This document shows, piece by piece, positions 29,342-38,592 of a stretch of DNA of 64,000 nucleotides. How positions within the stretch are numbered: the stretch's first letter is position 1; every line of letters starts with the position of its first letter. Under the pieces are notes generated by a model. The model was not told where the DNA came from. It worked only from the letters and a program-made list of their open reading frames with translations, and searched no databases. A program made the translations under genes and the position numbers. This DNA is from Bryobacteraceae bacterium CoA2 C42 (GTDB taxonomy: Bacteria; Acidobacteriota; Terriglobia; Bryobacterales; Bryobacteraceae). The DNA is taken from assembly GCA_019931245.1 (NCBI GenBank), contig JAINDL010000011.1, forward strand, positions 13,531 through 77,530, given 5' to 3'.

Positions 29342-30353
29342 CCTTCATGTTGATCACGCCTTCGTTCTCCAATTGCCGGACCACGGCGATGACCTGCTGC
29401 TGGGCGGCCTCGACATCCTTGATTTTGACGGGTCCGAGCGAACTCATGTCCTCCCGCATCATCTCGGAGCCTCTCTGTGACATGCAATCGAGGAAGTGAT
29501 TGCGGAGTTGTTCGCTGGCGCCTTTGAGAGCGACGGTGAGCAGCTTCCGGTCGACCCGCGACAAAATTTCTTTGATCGCACCCTGATCGACGGTAAGCAG
29601 GTCCTCGAAGACGAACATCAGGTGACGAACGGTTTCGACGAGCGCCGGGTCTTCGCCTTCGATTTTTTCGAGGATCTCCTTGCTGGAGGCAGCGTCGAGG
29701 CGATTGAACATTTCGGCTACGGCGCGTACGCCGCCGTAGGACTCGCGGCTGAGTTCGCCGAGGTTTTTGAGTTTTTGGCCGATGATGGCCGCAATGCGGG
29801 AGATGATATCGGGCGAGATCTGGTCGAGATTGGCCATGCGCAGCGCGACGTCGGCGCGGAGTTCGGACGGCAGCGAGTTGAGCAGGGCGGCCGCCTGCGA
29901 GGGGTTCAGGTGGGAGAGGATGAGAGCGACCGTTTGGGGATGTTCGCTGTGAATGAACTTGGCCAACTGCTGGGGATCGGCCTTCTGCAGTGCGTCGAAG
30001 TTGGCCGAGTCGACGCCGATCGTCTTCATCAAACGGGCAAGGAGGAACTGCGCATGATCCGGTGCGAAGGCGTTCATCAGGATCTTTTTGGCGTAATCGA
30101 CGCCACCCTTAAGAACGTATTCGTGCGCGATCGTCATCTGATAGTACTCTTCGAGGATCAGTTCGGCGGTTTCGGAGTTCATGTGGGGGATGCGCGCAAT
30201 TTCGCGGCCGATGAAGTGGACCTCCTCTTCGTCCAGACCCTTCATGAGCTTTGCGCTCACCTCTTCGCCGAGGATCACCATCAGCATGGCGGCCTTGCGC
30301 ATCCCGGTAAATTTTGCCCGGGCCGCTTCGGTGGCCGGATCAGTTTGTGCCAT
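29310..30353 (-). CDS. fliG: Flagellar motor switch protein FliG
   Basis: Motifs AAMLMVILGEE, the EHPQTVALILSHL region, and MFVFEDL in the C-terminal torque-generating domain. Confidence 0.93.
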   Translation of the reverse strand: MAQTDPATEAARAKFTGMRKAAMLMVILGEEVSAKLMKGLDEEEVHFIGREIARIPHMNSETAELILEEYYQMTIAHEYVLKGGVDYAKKILMNAFAPDHAQFLLARLMKTIGVDSANFDALQKADPQQLAKFIHSEHPQTVALILSHLNPSQAAALLNSLPSELRADVALRMANLDQISPDIISRIAAIIGQKLKNLGELSRESYGGVRAVAEMFNRLDAASSKEILEKIEGEDPALVETVRHLMFVFEDLLTVDQGAIKEILSRVDRKLLTVALKGASEQLRNHFLDCMSQRGSEMMREDMSSLGPVKIKDVEAAQQQVIAVVRQLENEGVINMKGGGGGEQYVV

Positions 30354-30369
30354 GGCAACTTCCTTTCAT

Positions 30370-32193
30370 TTACTCAACCTCCCGCAGCCAGGCACGGACG
30401 ATATGCGCCATTCTTTCGGGCTCCTTTTCGACCTGCTCGGCAATGAACTTCTGCAGGACGTCCATGCGGCTGATCTGGACCTCGCCGGGCCGGAGCGCCT
30501 GGATGGCCTCGAGGGTGATGCGGTCGCGCTCTTGAGCATCCTTGGAGAGCTGTTCGCGCAAGCGCCGCAACTCACCTTTGGCGTCTACGGTGTCGAGAGG
30601 CGGATATTCGATTGCATCCCTCGGGCCGGGCGCCGGGAGTTCAGCCGATTGCCCGCCGTCGATGGCGGGGGCCGCAACGGACGGCGGCGCTTCGGCCTGC
30701 GCTTTCTCGAGGGCCCGCCTTTCGGCCTGGCGCAAGCGATACGTTTTCACGCTGCGCAGCACCCAACGGAGCAGGACGAAGGGAAGCGCGAGCACGACGA
30801 GGACGATTGCGACGATCAGCGCGGGTAGCCAGCGCTGCTCAACGAGCCATTGCGCGTGGCCCTCGAGCGGTATGCGCAGCCAGTCGGGAATGAACAGCGG
30901 CAGGGTGACGCGCGGTTTGGGCGCAGTCGGCGTCATGGTCTCGACAGGATCGAGGCTTGCAACGAAGGGAAGCGCTTCAACGGTCAAAAGATCGCCCCGG
31001 TCCTCTTGAAATCCGACGACAGCCGCCACGACATCGCGGATCGACTTGACCCGCTCGGGCGAGGGAGCTTCGACGATGCGTTTCTGTCCCTCCTGGCGCA
31101 CCACATGGTCGAGAAGCACAGAGACGGAGAGCCGCTTGATCTGGCCTTGGGGGAATTGAATCCGGCGGACGACCCGGCTGGTTTGAAAGGTAGTGTTTTC
31201 GGACTTGCGGTATGCGGCAGCGGTGCCCGCCGTCCCCGGCCGGGAGGTGGGCCGGGGCAGGTTTGACGGGGTACCCGGAATTCCGCTCGGCCCCGGGATA
31301 CCGGAACCGTCTTCGGAGCGCTGCGCCGTGACCATCACGGAACGGGTCGGATCGTAGGTCTCCTCGCTTTGGTCCCCGCTCGCCAGATCGCAGTCGAGCG
31401 AGACGGCGGCCCGGAACCGGTTAGGACCGAGCAGCGGCTCAAGGGTATCCTGGATCTTGCCGAGGAGGTCTTTTTCAAGGTTGGTCCGATAGGCGAGGAT
31501 CGCTTCGGAGGGTTCGGCTCTGTTGGGATCCTCTTTCTTAGGGCGGTTCAGAAGATTACCGCGCACGTCGAGAACGGAGACCTGATCGGGAGAAAGCCCT
31601 TCTACCGCGCTGGCGGTCAGATGGGTGACGGCTTGAATGTTCTGGGGCGAGAGCTTTGCGCCCGGGCGCAGTTTGATCATCACGCTCGCCTTGGCGGATT
31701 CTCGCCGCTCCAGAAAGATGCTGTTCTTGGCGAAGGTGATGTGCACGCGTGCCTGTTCGACCTCGCTCAGCGACATTACCGAGCGCTCCAACTCGCCTTC
31801 GATAGCGCGATGGAAGTTCACCTGTTCGGAGAACTCGCTCGCGCCAAAGTTTGCGTTATCAAACAGTTCGAAGCCAATGCGGCCACTTTTGGGCAGACCG
31901 GCGCTGGCCATTTGAATGCGCAGTTCATCGAGCCGGTCCGCCGGAACTTTGATCGTCGTCCCGTTATCGGCTAAACGAAACTCGACTCCCATTTCGCGCA
32001 GCCGGTTGACGACCGGAGCGGCGTCTTCGCCGGCGACGTTTTGGAACAACGGCTTGAAACTCTGCTCTCTCTGCTCGCGCGAGATGACAAAGAAAGCCGC
32101 AATGATCAGCACGGCGACGAAACCGATGACCGCGCGTTGCCGGGTGGACAGGCGCTGCCAGAGTTCTCTGAGCTGTTCAAGATATGCGCTCAT
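30370..32193 (-). CDS. fliF: Flagellar M-ring protein FliF
   Basis: An N-terminal TM helix, the periplasmic YscJ/FliF ring domain (VPADRLDELRIQMASAGLP), a second TM helix, and a C-terminal FliG-binding tail. At 607 aa it also has a Pro/Gly-rich linker. Confidence 0.92.
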   Translation of the reverse strand: MSAYLEQLRELWQRLSTRQRAVIGFVAVLIIAAFFVISREQREQSFKPLFQNVAGEDAAPVVNRLREMGVEFRLADNGTTIKVPADRLDELRIQMASAGLPKSGRIGFELFDNANFGASEFSEQVNFHRAIEGELERSVMSLSEVEQARVHITFAKNSIFLERRESAKASVMIKLRPGAKLSPQNIQAVTHLTASAVEGLSPDQVSVLDVRGNLLNRPKKEDPNRAEPSEAILAYRTNLEKDLLGKIQDTLEPLLGPNRFRAAVSLDCDLASGDQSEETYDPTRSVMVTAQRSEDGSGIPGPSGIPGTPSNLPRPTSRPGTAGTAAAYRKSENTTFQTSRVVRRIQFPQGQIKRLSVSVLLDHVVRQEGQKRIVEAPSPERVKSIRDVVAAVVGFQEDRGDLLTVEALPFVASLDPVETMTPTAPKPRVTLPLFIPDWLRIPLEGHAQWLVEQRWLPALIVAIVLVVLALPFVLLRWVLRSVKTYRLRQAERRALEKAQAEAPPSVAAPAIDGGQSAELPAPGPRDAIEYPPLDTVDAKGELRRLREQLSKDAQERDRITLEAIQALRPGEVQISRMDVLQKFIAEQVEKEPERMAHIVRAWLREVE

Positions 32194-32213
32194 TCCGCTT
32201 TACACCGCCACCA

Positions 32214-32522
32214 TCAAAGCTGCATGCGCATGATTTCCTGGTAGGCGGAGACCACTTTATTTCTCACGCCGAGGAACATTTCAAACGCTACATCAGCGCG
32301 CTGGCTGGCCAGAACCACCTGGTGGAGTTCCTCCTCTTCGCCCCGAAGAAAGCGATCGGTGGACTGCTGGGAGCCGAGTTGGAACTGTTCCACCCGGTTG
32401 ATGGCGTCTGTCAGCACCGATTGAAAGACATCGCCGGACGATTTTTCCGCCTCTCCGACCGGGGCTGGCGGCACGATGGGCGCCACCCCTTTGAGGCCAA
32501 GCATGGAAATTTTGTCAAGCAT
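32214..32522 (-). CDS. fliE: Flagellar hook-basal body complex protein FliE
   Basis: 102 aa with a C-terminus ...VAFEMFLGVRNKVVSAYQEIMRMQL typical of FliE, in the canonical position. Confidence 0.88.
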   Translation of the reverse strand: MLDKISMLGLKGVAPIVPPAPVGEAEKSSGDVFQSVLTDAINRVEQFQLGSQQSTDRFLRGEEEELHQVVLASQRADVAFEMFLGVRNKVVSAYQEIMRMQL

Positions 32523-32540
32523 TTTTCTCTAACTCCGCCC

Positions 32541-32999
32541 CTAACCCCGCATGATGTCGAGCGTCTTTTGGATCATTTCTTTCGCCGCGGCCATGGCGGC
32601 GACGTTGCTCTGATAGCCCCGGCTGGCGCTCATCAGGTCCACCATCTCTTCGGCCGGATTCAGGTGGGGATAGCTGACGTAACCCTCCTTATCCGCATCC
32701 GGATGACCTGGCTGGTAACGTTTTTCCGGTTCCCGCTGGTCCCGGACGATTTCGGCGATCCGCACGCCTTCCATGGTCTGGCCGTTACCGGGTGTTCCCC
32801 GGAGTTGGGCGGCGAAGACCGCGGAGAAGGGTCCCTCGGCGGGGGCCGATTCAAAAATGACATCCTTGCGCCGGTAGGGGCCACCTTCGGGGGTGCGCGT
32901 GGTTTCCGAGTTCGCGAGGTTTTCGACGAGTACCTCCGCCCGGCGCCGCTGCGCGGCCATACCCGAGGCGCTGACGGAAAGTAAATTGAAGAGGCTCAT
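32541..32999 (-). CDS. flgC: Flagellar basal-body rod protein FlgC
   Basis: N-terminal rod motif SASGMAAQRRRAEVLVENLANSETTRT and C-terminal ...SRGYQSNVAAMAAAKEMIQKTLDI. Confidence 0.93.
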   Translation of the reverse strand: MSLFNLLSVSASGMAAQRRRAEVLVENLANSETTRTPEGGPYRRKDVIFESAPAEGPFSAVFAAQLRGTPGNGQTMEGVRIAEIVRDQREPEKRYQPGHPDADKEGYVSYPHLNPAEEMVDLMSASRGYQSNVAAMAAAKEMIQKTLDIMRG

Positions 33000-33334
33000 C
33001 CGTTTCTACCCTCCTGCAGGGCCAGCTTGATGTCCTTGAACTCACCCTTGATCGACATCGAGGCAAACTGGAAGCGAATTGCGTTTTCGGCCAGCAGCCG
33101 GGCCTGCTGATCGATGTTCACGTTGTTCCCGTCGTTTCCGGCCGGCAGCCCTTCCACCTCGCGAACGTTGGGGGCGGCGCCGTGGGTCAACGTCAGAAAC
33201 TCGCGCTGGAAGTCGATATCTTTGGTCCGGTAGCCGGGCGTATCGGCGTTGGCAATGTTGGAGGCCACCAGCTTTTGGCGGGCGCTTAACAGGTTCAGAT
33301 AGTGTTCTTTCGAGGCGGCAATCCGATCTAGCAT
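32996..33334 (-). CDS. flgB: Flagellar basal-body rod protein FlgB
   Basis: Motif SARQKLVASNIANADTPGYRTKD. There is a 4-nt overlap with flgC. Confidence 0.9.
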   Translation of the reverse strand: MLDRIAASKEHYLNLLSARQKLVASNIANADTPGYRTKDIDFQREFLTLTHGAAPNVREVEGLPAGNDGNNVNIDQQARLLAENAIRFQFASMSIKGEFKDIKLALQEGRNG

Positions 33335-33348
33335 GGCACTCCCTGTAC

Positions 33349-33364
33349 TGCACGTTGGATGCCA
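33349..33364 (-). promoter_or_regulatory. Candidate sigma-54 (-24/-12) promoter upstream of flgB
   Basis: The minus strand reads TGGCATCCAACGTGCA, with GG-N10-GC spacing matching the consensus TGGCAC-N5-TTGCA. Caveat: it ends only 14 nt before the flgB ATG, so the predicted start site would fall inside or after the AGGGAG Shine-Dalgarno sequence. Confidence 0.3.
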
Positions 33365-33413
33365 TTGGCGCGAACCGCCACCGCCTCAACGGATGGGCGC
33401 CAAAACCTGGTCA

Positions 33414-33833
33414 TCATTGACCATAAAATGACGGGTAGGCGTGTTCCATTTCTGACGCCATCTCGATGGCCGTTCCAATTTGAACCAGCGCGCCTTGTCC
33501 GATGCCGGGGCAGCGGCGACCGGTATCGTGCCATAAAGTCCGGTCGGCGACCAGTTCGGGCCAGAACGGGAAGAGGCGGCACTGGGTAGGCTTGGCGGGG
33601 TGGATGCGGCAGCCTCCCGCTTCGAGAAAGTGGCACTGACGGCCGGATGGTTTGCGCAGGCGAAGCAGGCGACGGGTGCGGTAGATGTAGCGGGCTTCGA
33701 AGTCTTCCGGGGTAAGGTTGAGGTGTGCGGCGGCCCGCGCGAGGTCCTGCTCGGTCAGGTATACAAATCCGCGGGTATCGCAGCAGCGGATGCACCCGGG
33801 CTGGCAGGCAAAACGGAGACCGGCTTCAGACAT
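33414..33833 (-). CDS. YkgJ-family cysteine-cluster (Fe-S/zinc) protein
   Basis: Cys clusters CQPGCIRCC, ...RQCHFLEAGGCRIH... and ...KPTQCRLFPFWP. The start is set to the ATG at 33833; the upstream part of tracked ORF 33414..34160 is antisense to the next gene. Confidence 0.8.
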   Translation of the reverse strand: MSEAGLRFACQPGCIRCCDTRGFVYLTEQDLARAAAHLNLTPEDFEARYIYRTRRLLRLRKPSGRQCHFLEAGGCRIHPAKPTQCRLFPFWPELVADRTLWHDTGRRCPGIGQGALVQIGTAIEMASEMEHAYPSFYGQ

Positions 33834-33891
33834 AGCAAGGCTGACTATAGCATCCCGGGCCGCGGCCGGAACTGGGATAGAGTAGGGAGCT

Positions 33892-34800
33892 GTGATGCCT
33901 GTCAGCCGCCGCCATTTTCTGGCCGCCGGCGCGGCCGCGCCCCTGGCCGCCGCCCCGCCGGTCCGCTTTTGCGTTTTCTCGAAACATCTGCAGTTTTTGG
34001 GCTGGTCTGAAATGGCCGCCCAGGCCCGGGAGATCGGCTTTGACGGCGTCGACCTGACGGTGCGCAAGGGGGGACACGTTGCGCCGGAGCGTGCGGCCGA
34101 AGACCTGCCCAAGGCGAAGGAGACGATCGAACGGGCCGGACTTCCGTTGACGATGATCACCTCCGATGTGGTTCATCCGGGCAGTCCGTACGCCGAGACG
34201 GTGTTGCGCACGGCGGCCAAGCTGGGGATTCGCCATTACCGCTGGGGCGGATTCCGCTACCGCGATCCGGGCCCGGCGCCGGAGGCGCAGCTGCGCGAGT
34301 TGGCGCCGCAGGTAAAGGAGCTGGCGGCTCTGAACCGCGAACTGGGGCTGACGGCGATGTATCATACGCACTCGGGCCTGAATCAGGTGGGCGCCTCGAT
34401 GTGGGACTTGTGGCTGCTGCTCAAGGACGAGAAGCCGGAGGAGGTGAGCTTTAACTACGACATCGCCCACGCCACCATTGAAGGAGGGCTCGGCGGCTGG
34501 GTGCATAGCGCGCGCCTGGCGCTGCCGCTGTCGCGGGGCATCGCGCTCAAGGACTTCCGATGGGAGCGTGGCCCGCGGGGCTGGCGCGTGGCGTGGTGTC
34601 CGGTGGGTGAAGGCATGGTGCGCTTTGATCAGTTTGTCCCGATGCTGCGGGCGGCGGCGTTTAGTGGGCCGCTGCAGGTGCATTTCGAATATGACCTCGG
34701 CGGGGCGGATAAGGGGCTGACCCGCATCACGATGGAGCCCCGGCAGGTGTTTGCCGCGATGCGGAAGGATCTGGTGCAGCTGCGGAGCTTGTTCGCCTGA
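33892..34800 (+). CDS. Xylose isomerase-like TIM-barrel protein (sugar phosphate isomerase/epimerase family) with Tat leader
   Basis: Leader SRRHFLAAGAAAPLAAA. Family-like stretches GFDGVDLTVRKGGHV, YHTHSG and FNYDIAHATIEGG. Confidence 0.82.
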   Translation: MMPVSRRHFLAAGAAAPLAAAPPVRFCVFSKHLQFLGWSEMAAQAREIGFDGVDLTVRKGGHVAPERAAEDLPKAKETIERAGLPLTMITSDVVHPGSPYAETVLRTAAKLGIRHYRWGGFRYRDPGPAPEAQLRELAPQVKELAALNRELGLTAMYHTHSGLNQVGASMWDLWLLLKDEKPEEVSFNYDIAHATIEGGLGGWVHSARLALPLSRGIALKDFRWERGPRGWRVAWCPVGEGMVRFDQFVPMLRAAAFSGPLQVHFEYDLGGADKGLTRITMEPRQVFAAMRKDLVQLRSLFA

Positions 34801-35870
34801 TGGCAAAGCAAGCGTCGCCGCCTCTCGTCCAGCTTCTCGCCCAGGTCCCGGCAGGCGAGTTGCACGCCTGGCTGGCGGCCAGCGCACGGGCGATGCCGGA
34901 GTTTGGCAAGCGGCTCGAGCTGTTCGCGGCGCGTCACGGTCCCGAGGAGTCGGCGCTTGCGCGTTACCGGTCCATACTCGGCCGACTGCTGCGCATGCGG
35001 AACCGCAACGTGCGTAAGCGGGCCAGCGAGGCGGCGCAGTACCTGGCCAATTTGGTTGACGCCTTGGAGGCCGAGTTTGCCGCCGGTCGCATGGCCGTGG
35101 TTCTGACGGTGGTTGGCGAGGCGCTGCTTGTCGTGAACGACTTCATTTTGACCAATCGGGGCGCAAAAGATAAATTGGAACCGCGGATGGCAGATTTGTC
35201 GGCGCTGCATCTGCGGGCGGCGACGGAATGGCGGCCCGATAAGGAGGAACTTGCGGCTGCTTTGGTGGAGATCGGGCAGAGAGGAGCGCTGTCGGGCCTG
35301 TTTCGCGAGGCGGCGTATGAGTATCAGGATGTGCTGGGAGAGGAGGGTCTGGCGCACTACCGGAGAGCGATGGAGCCCCATTGGCAAGCCGTCGAGAGCA
35401 GGTCCCGGATGTTGTGGCACCGCCGCGAACAGACCGTCGGACAGATGCTGGGCTGGGCGCGGGCACAGGAGGATCCTGTCGGCAGAGCCACGGAAACCGC
35501 CCGGATTCTGGCCGCCGTGGCGGAGTCCGCCGCCGAGTACCTGCAGGCGGCGAAGAGCTTTCTGCGGGCCAACGACGAGGACGCCGCGCTGACGATGGCG
35601 CGGGCGGGTTTGGAGCGGGCGCTCCGGGCTGCGTTGCCGGACCTCGCCCTGCTCGACCTCGCCGTCCTGTGCATGGAGCGGGTTCCGCGGGAAGAGGCGT
35701 TGGAGATCGCCTGGGGAGTTTTTCGTGGCCATCCGGACCGGGAGAGCTATTCGCTGCTCCGCCGGTCGGCGGCCGCCTGCGGCGCCGAGGTGCACTACCG
35801 CGCGCTGGCGCTTGCCCATTTGAAGGAACGCGATCTCACCCGGGATTGGCTCACCGCGTGCGCGCCGTAG
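34800..35870 (+). CDS. Hypothetical all-helical protein (356 aa)
   Basis: The start overlaps the previous stop by 1 nt (TGATG). Codons are GC3-rich. No signal peptide and no recognised motif. Confidence 0.6.
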   Translation: MAKQASPPLVQLLAQVPAGELHAWLAASARAMPEFGKRLELFAARHGPEESALARYRSILGRLLRMRNRNVRKRASEAAQYLANLVDALEAEFAAGRMAVVLTVVGEALLVVNDFILTNRGAKDKLEPRMADLSALHLRAATEWRPDKEELAAALVEIGQRGALSGLFREAAYEYQDVLGEEGLAHYRRAMEPHWQAVESRSRMLWHRREQTVGQMLGWARAQEDPVGRATETARILAAVAESAAEYLQAAKSFLRANDEDAALTMARAGLERALRAALPDLALLDLAVLCMERVPREEALEIAWGVFRGHPDRESYSLLRRSAAACGAEVHYRALALAHLKERDLTRDWLTACAP

Positions 35871-35935
35871 GCGCGCGCAATCATTTCGCGAAACGAAGCC
35901 AGGGCCGCCCGTGGGCGTTGTTATGCTGTCAGGGA

Positions 35936-37264
35936 ATGAGACAACTCTTGGGGTCGATTCTCCTGCTGGCCTTCGTGGCCGTGGCACAACCCCCTGGCGC
36001 CGGGGTGCTGGCGATTCGGGGAACGCATATCCATCCCGCCAGCGGCCCGGCCGTGCGGAACGGCAATTTGATCGTGCGCAACGGGCTGATTGAGGCGATC
36101 GGGCCGAATGCCGTGATTCCGCCCGAGGCCTTCGTGGTCGATGGCGCGGGTCTTCAGGTCTATCCTGGCCTGATTGACGCGCTCAGCGCATGGGGACTGC
36201 CGGCGGCTGCGGCGCGGCCGGCGACCGGGACGAACGCGGCGCCGTCACCGGCAACGCCGGCGGTGCTCGAACGGCGCATCCAGACGCTCGAGGACGGGGG
36301 ACCCGAGGAGCGGCCTTCCAACAGCAGTTGGGTGCGCGCGGCTGACCTGCTGGACGCCCGGTCAGCCACGCTGACCGCGGCCCGAAACGCGGGTTACACG
36401 ACAGCGATCGGCTTTCCCGGCGGCAACGTGTTCTCCGGCCAGGGGAGCGCCTATAACCTGGCGGGCACCCGCAGCCGGCACATGGTGATTGCCGATGGCG
36501 TCGGGCAGATGATCACCTTTCCGGTGCGGGGCTTCGGCGGCGGCTTTCCGGGTTCGTTGATGGGAATCATCGCTTATGTCCGGCAGATTTACACCGATGT
36601 CGATCACTACCGGGCCAGCCAGGCGCTATATGCCAAAGATCCGCGCGGGTTGCCGCGGCCGCCGTATGACCGGGCGCTCGATGGGGTGATCGCCTCGCCG
36701 CGTCTGTTGCTGCCGGCCGGCCGCCTGGCGGAGATCGACCGGATGATCCGGTTTGGGCAAGAGTTGAAACAGCCGCTGGTGCTCTACGGCGGCGCCGAGG
36801 CCTTCCGCGGCGCACCGCTCCTGGCGGCCGCCAAGGTGCCGATGCTAATCAACCTCCGCTGGCCGGAGGCGGAGCGTGATGCCGATCCCTTCCTCAAAGA
36901 CTCGTTGCGGGTGCTCGAAACGCGGGATCTGGCGCCGACCGGACCGGCTGCACTGGCCAGGGCCGGGGTAAAGTTTGCGTTCTACTCCGGGGGTGTGGAG
37001 CGGGCAGCGGATCTGCGCAAGGCGATCAAGAAGGCAGTGGACGCCGGTCTTTCCAAAGACGAAGCCTTGAAGGCGCTAACGCTCTACCCGGCGCAAATCT
37101 TCGGGCTCGATGATCGCCTGGGTTCGCTCGAACCGGGCAAGATTGCCAATTTGACCGTGATCGCCGGCGACCTTTTCGATGACCGAGCCAAGCTGAAGTT
37201 TACCGTCATCGACGGTGTGAAATACGAACCGGCGCCTGAAGCCGCCCCGGAGACCAACCGATGA
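35936..37264 (+). CDS. Secreted amidohydrolase-family paralogue lacking the HxH metal motif
   Basis: Signal peptide MRQLLGSILLLAFVAVAQ at ATG 35936. The family N-terminal beta-sandwich reads ...VYPGLIDALSAWG, with no HxH where PGxIDxHxH is expected. C-terminal motif GSLEPGKIANL. The tracked 35381 start overlaps the previous gene and was rejected. Confidence 0.8.
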   Translation: MRQLLGSILLLAFVAVAQPPGAGVLAIRGTHIHPASGPAVRNGNLIVRNGLIEAIGPNAVIPPEAFVVDGAGLQVYPGLIDALSAWGLPAAAARPATGTNAAPSPATPAVLERRIQTLEDGGPEERPSNSSWVRAADLLDARSATLTAARNAGYTTAIGFPGGNVFSGQGSAYNLAGTRSRHMVIADGVGQMITFPVRGFGGGFPGSLMGIIAYVRQIYTDVDHYRASQALYAKDPRGLPRPPYDRALDGVIASPRLLLPAGRLAEIDRMIRFGQELKQPLVLYGGAEAFRGAPLLAAAKVPMLINLRWPEAERDADPFLKDSLRVLETRDLAPTGPAALARAGVKFAFYSGGVERAADLRKAIKKAVDAGLSKDEALKALTLYPAQIFGLDDRLGSLEPGKIANLTVIAGDLFDDRAKLKFTVIDGVKYEPAPEAAPETNR

Positions 37265-38592
37265 ACCGCCGACTGTTTCTCTCCTCCCTGGCCCTGGCGC
37301 CGTTGCCTGCCGCGGCGCCGGGGGCGATTCTGATTAAGAACGCGAAGATCCTGACCGTGACCAAAGGCCGGGTGGACGGCTCGCTGCTGATTCGCGACGG
37401 CCGGATTGCCGCGCTGGGCACCGAGGTGTTGACGCCGGCGGATGCGGCAACGATTGATGCCGGGGGCGGTTATCTGATGCCGGGCATTGTCGATTGCCAT
37501 GCGCACGTGGGCGCCGATGCGATCAACGAAGGCACGATCTCCGTCTCCTCGATGGTGCGGATTGAAGACGTCCTGGCGCCGGACGATGTGCAGATCTACC
37601 GGGGCCTGGCCGCCGGGGTGACCACGTCGAACGTTCTGCACGGGTCGGCGAACACGATCGGCGGCCAGTGCAGTGTCGTCAAGATGCGCTGGGGCAAGAC
37701 GGCGGCGCAGATGGTGTTTGCCGGGGCGAGGCCCGGCATCAAGTTCGCCCTGGGCGAGAACGTGAAGCGCTCAGGCAGCGGCGCTAACGTTGGGGTCGCG
37801 CTGCGCTACCCGGCCACGCGGATGGGGGTTGAAGACGTCGTCCGCGAGGCGTTCAACGATGCGCGGGCCTATCAGCGGCAACGGGATGAATATCAGACGC
37901 GGGTGGCCAAGGGGGAGCGCGTGCTGCCGCCGCGGCGGGACTGGAAGCTCGATCCGCTGGTCGAGGTGCTCGAAGGCAAACGCCTCGTGCACGCGCACTG
38001 CTACCGGGCCGATGAGATTCTGATGCTGCTGCGGGCGGCCGAAGAGTTCGGTTTCCGGATCCGCACGCTGCAGCACGGGCTCGAAGCCTACAAGGTGGCC
38101 AAGGAGATCGCCAAACACGGCGCCGGGGTTTCCACTTTCGCCGACTCGTGGAGTTACAAGATTGAAGCCTACGATGCGATCCCCTACAACGCGGCGCTCT
38201 GCCTGCGGGCGGGCGTGCTGACCTCGCTCAATACCGATGCGCCGGTGACGCAGCAGCGGCATCTGCTGCAGGACGCCGCCAAGACGCTGCGGTATGGCCA
38301 GTTGACCGACGACGAGGCGCTGTCGCTGATTACGATCAATCCGGCGCGGCAGCTGATGATTGACGATCGCGTTGGTTCGCTCGAAGTCGGTAAGGACGCC
38401 GACCTCGTGCTCACCGACAAGCATCCGCTCTCGCTCTACGCCAAAGTGCAAAAGGTCTTCATCGACGGCGAGATATTCTTTGACCGCGAACAGGACGTCC
38501 GGGACCGGGCCGAACGCGCCGCGCGCCGGCAGGCATTGCTTGAAAAGTTGAAGCCCGCGCCGCCTCCGGCGCAGAAGAAGGGGGCCCGTTGA
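37261..38592 (+). CDS. Secreted amidohydrolase (canonical metal-binding motifs)
   Basis: Signal-like N-terminus; motifs PGIVDCHAHVG (HxH), VHAHCYRADE, LQHG, LNTDAPV and GSLEVGKDADL. ATGA overlap with the upstream paralogue. Confidence 0.88.
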   Translation: MNRRLFLSSLALAPLPAAAPGAILIKNAKILTVTKGRVDGSLLIRDGRIAALGTEVLTPADAATIDAGGGYLMPGIVDCHAHVGADAINEGTISVSSMVRIEDVLAPDDVQIYRGLAAGVTTSNVLHGSANTIGGQCSVVKMRWGKTAAQMVFAGARPGIKFALGENVKRSGSGANVGVALRYPATRMGVEDVVREAFNDARAYQRQRDEYQTRVAKGERVLPPRRDWKLDPLVEVLEGKRLVHAHCYRADEILMLLRAAEEFGFRIRTLQHGLEAYKVAKEIAKHGAGVSTFADSWSYKIEAYDAIPYNAALCLRAGVLTSLNTDAPVTQQRHLLQDAAKTLRYGQLTDDEALSLITINPARQLMIDDRVGSLEVGKDADLVLTDKHPLSLYAKVQKVFIDGEIFFDREQDVRDRAERAARRQALLEKLKPAPPPAQKKGAR

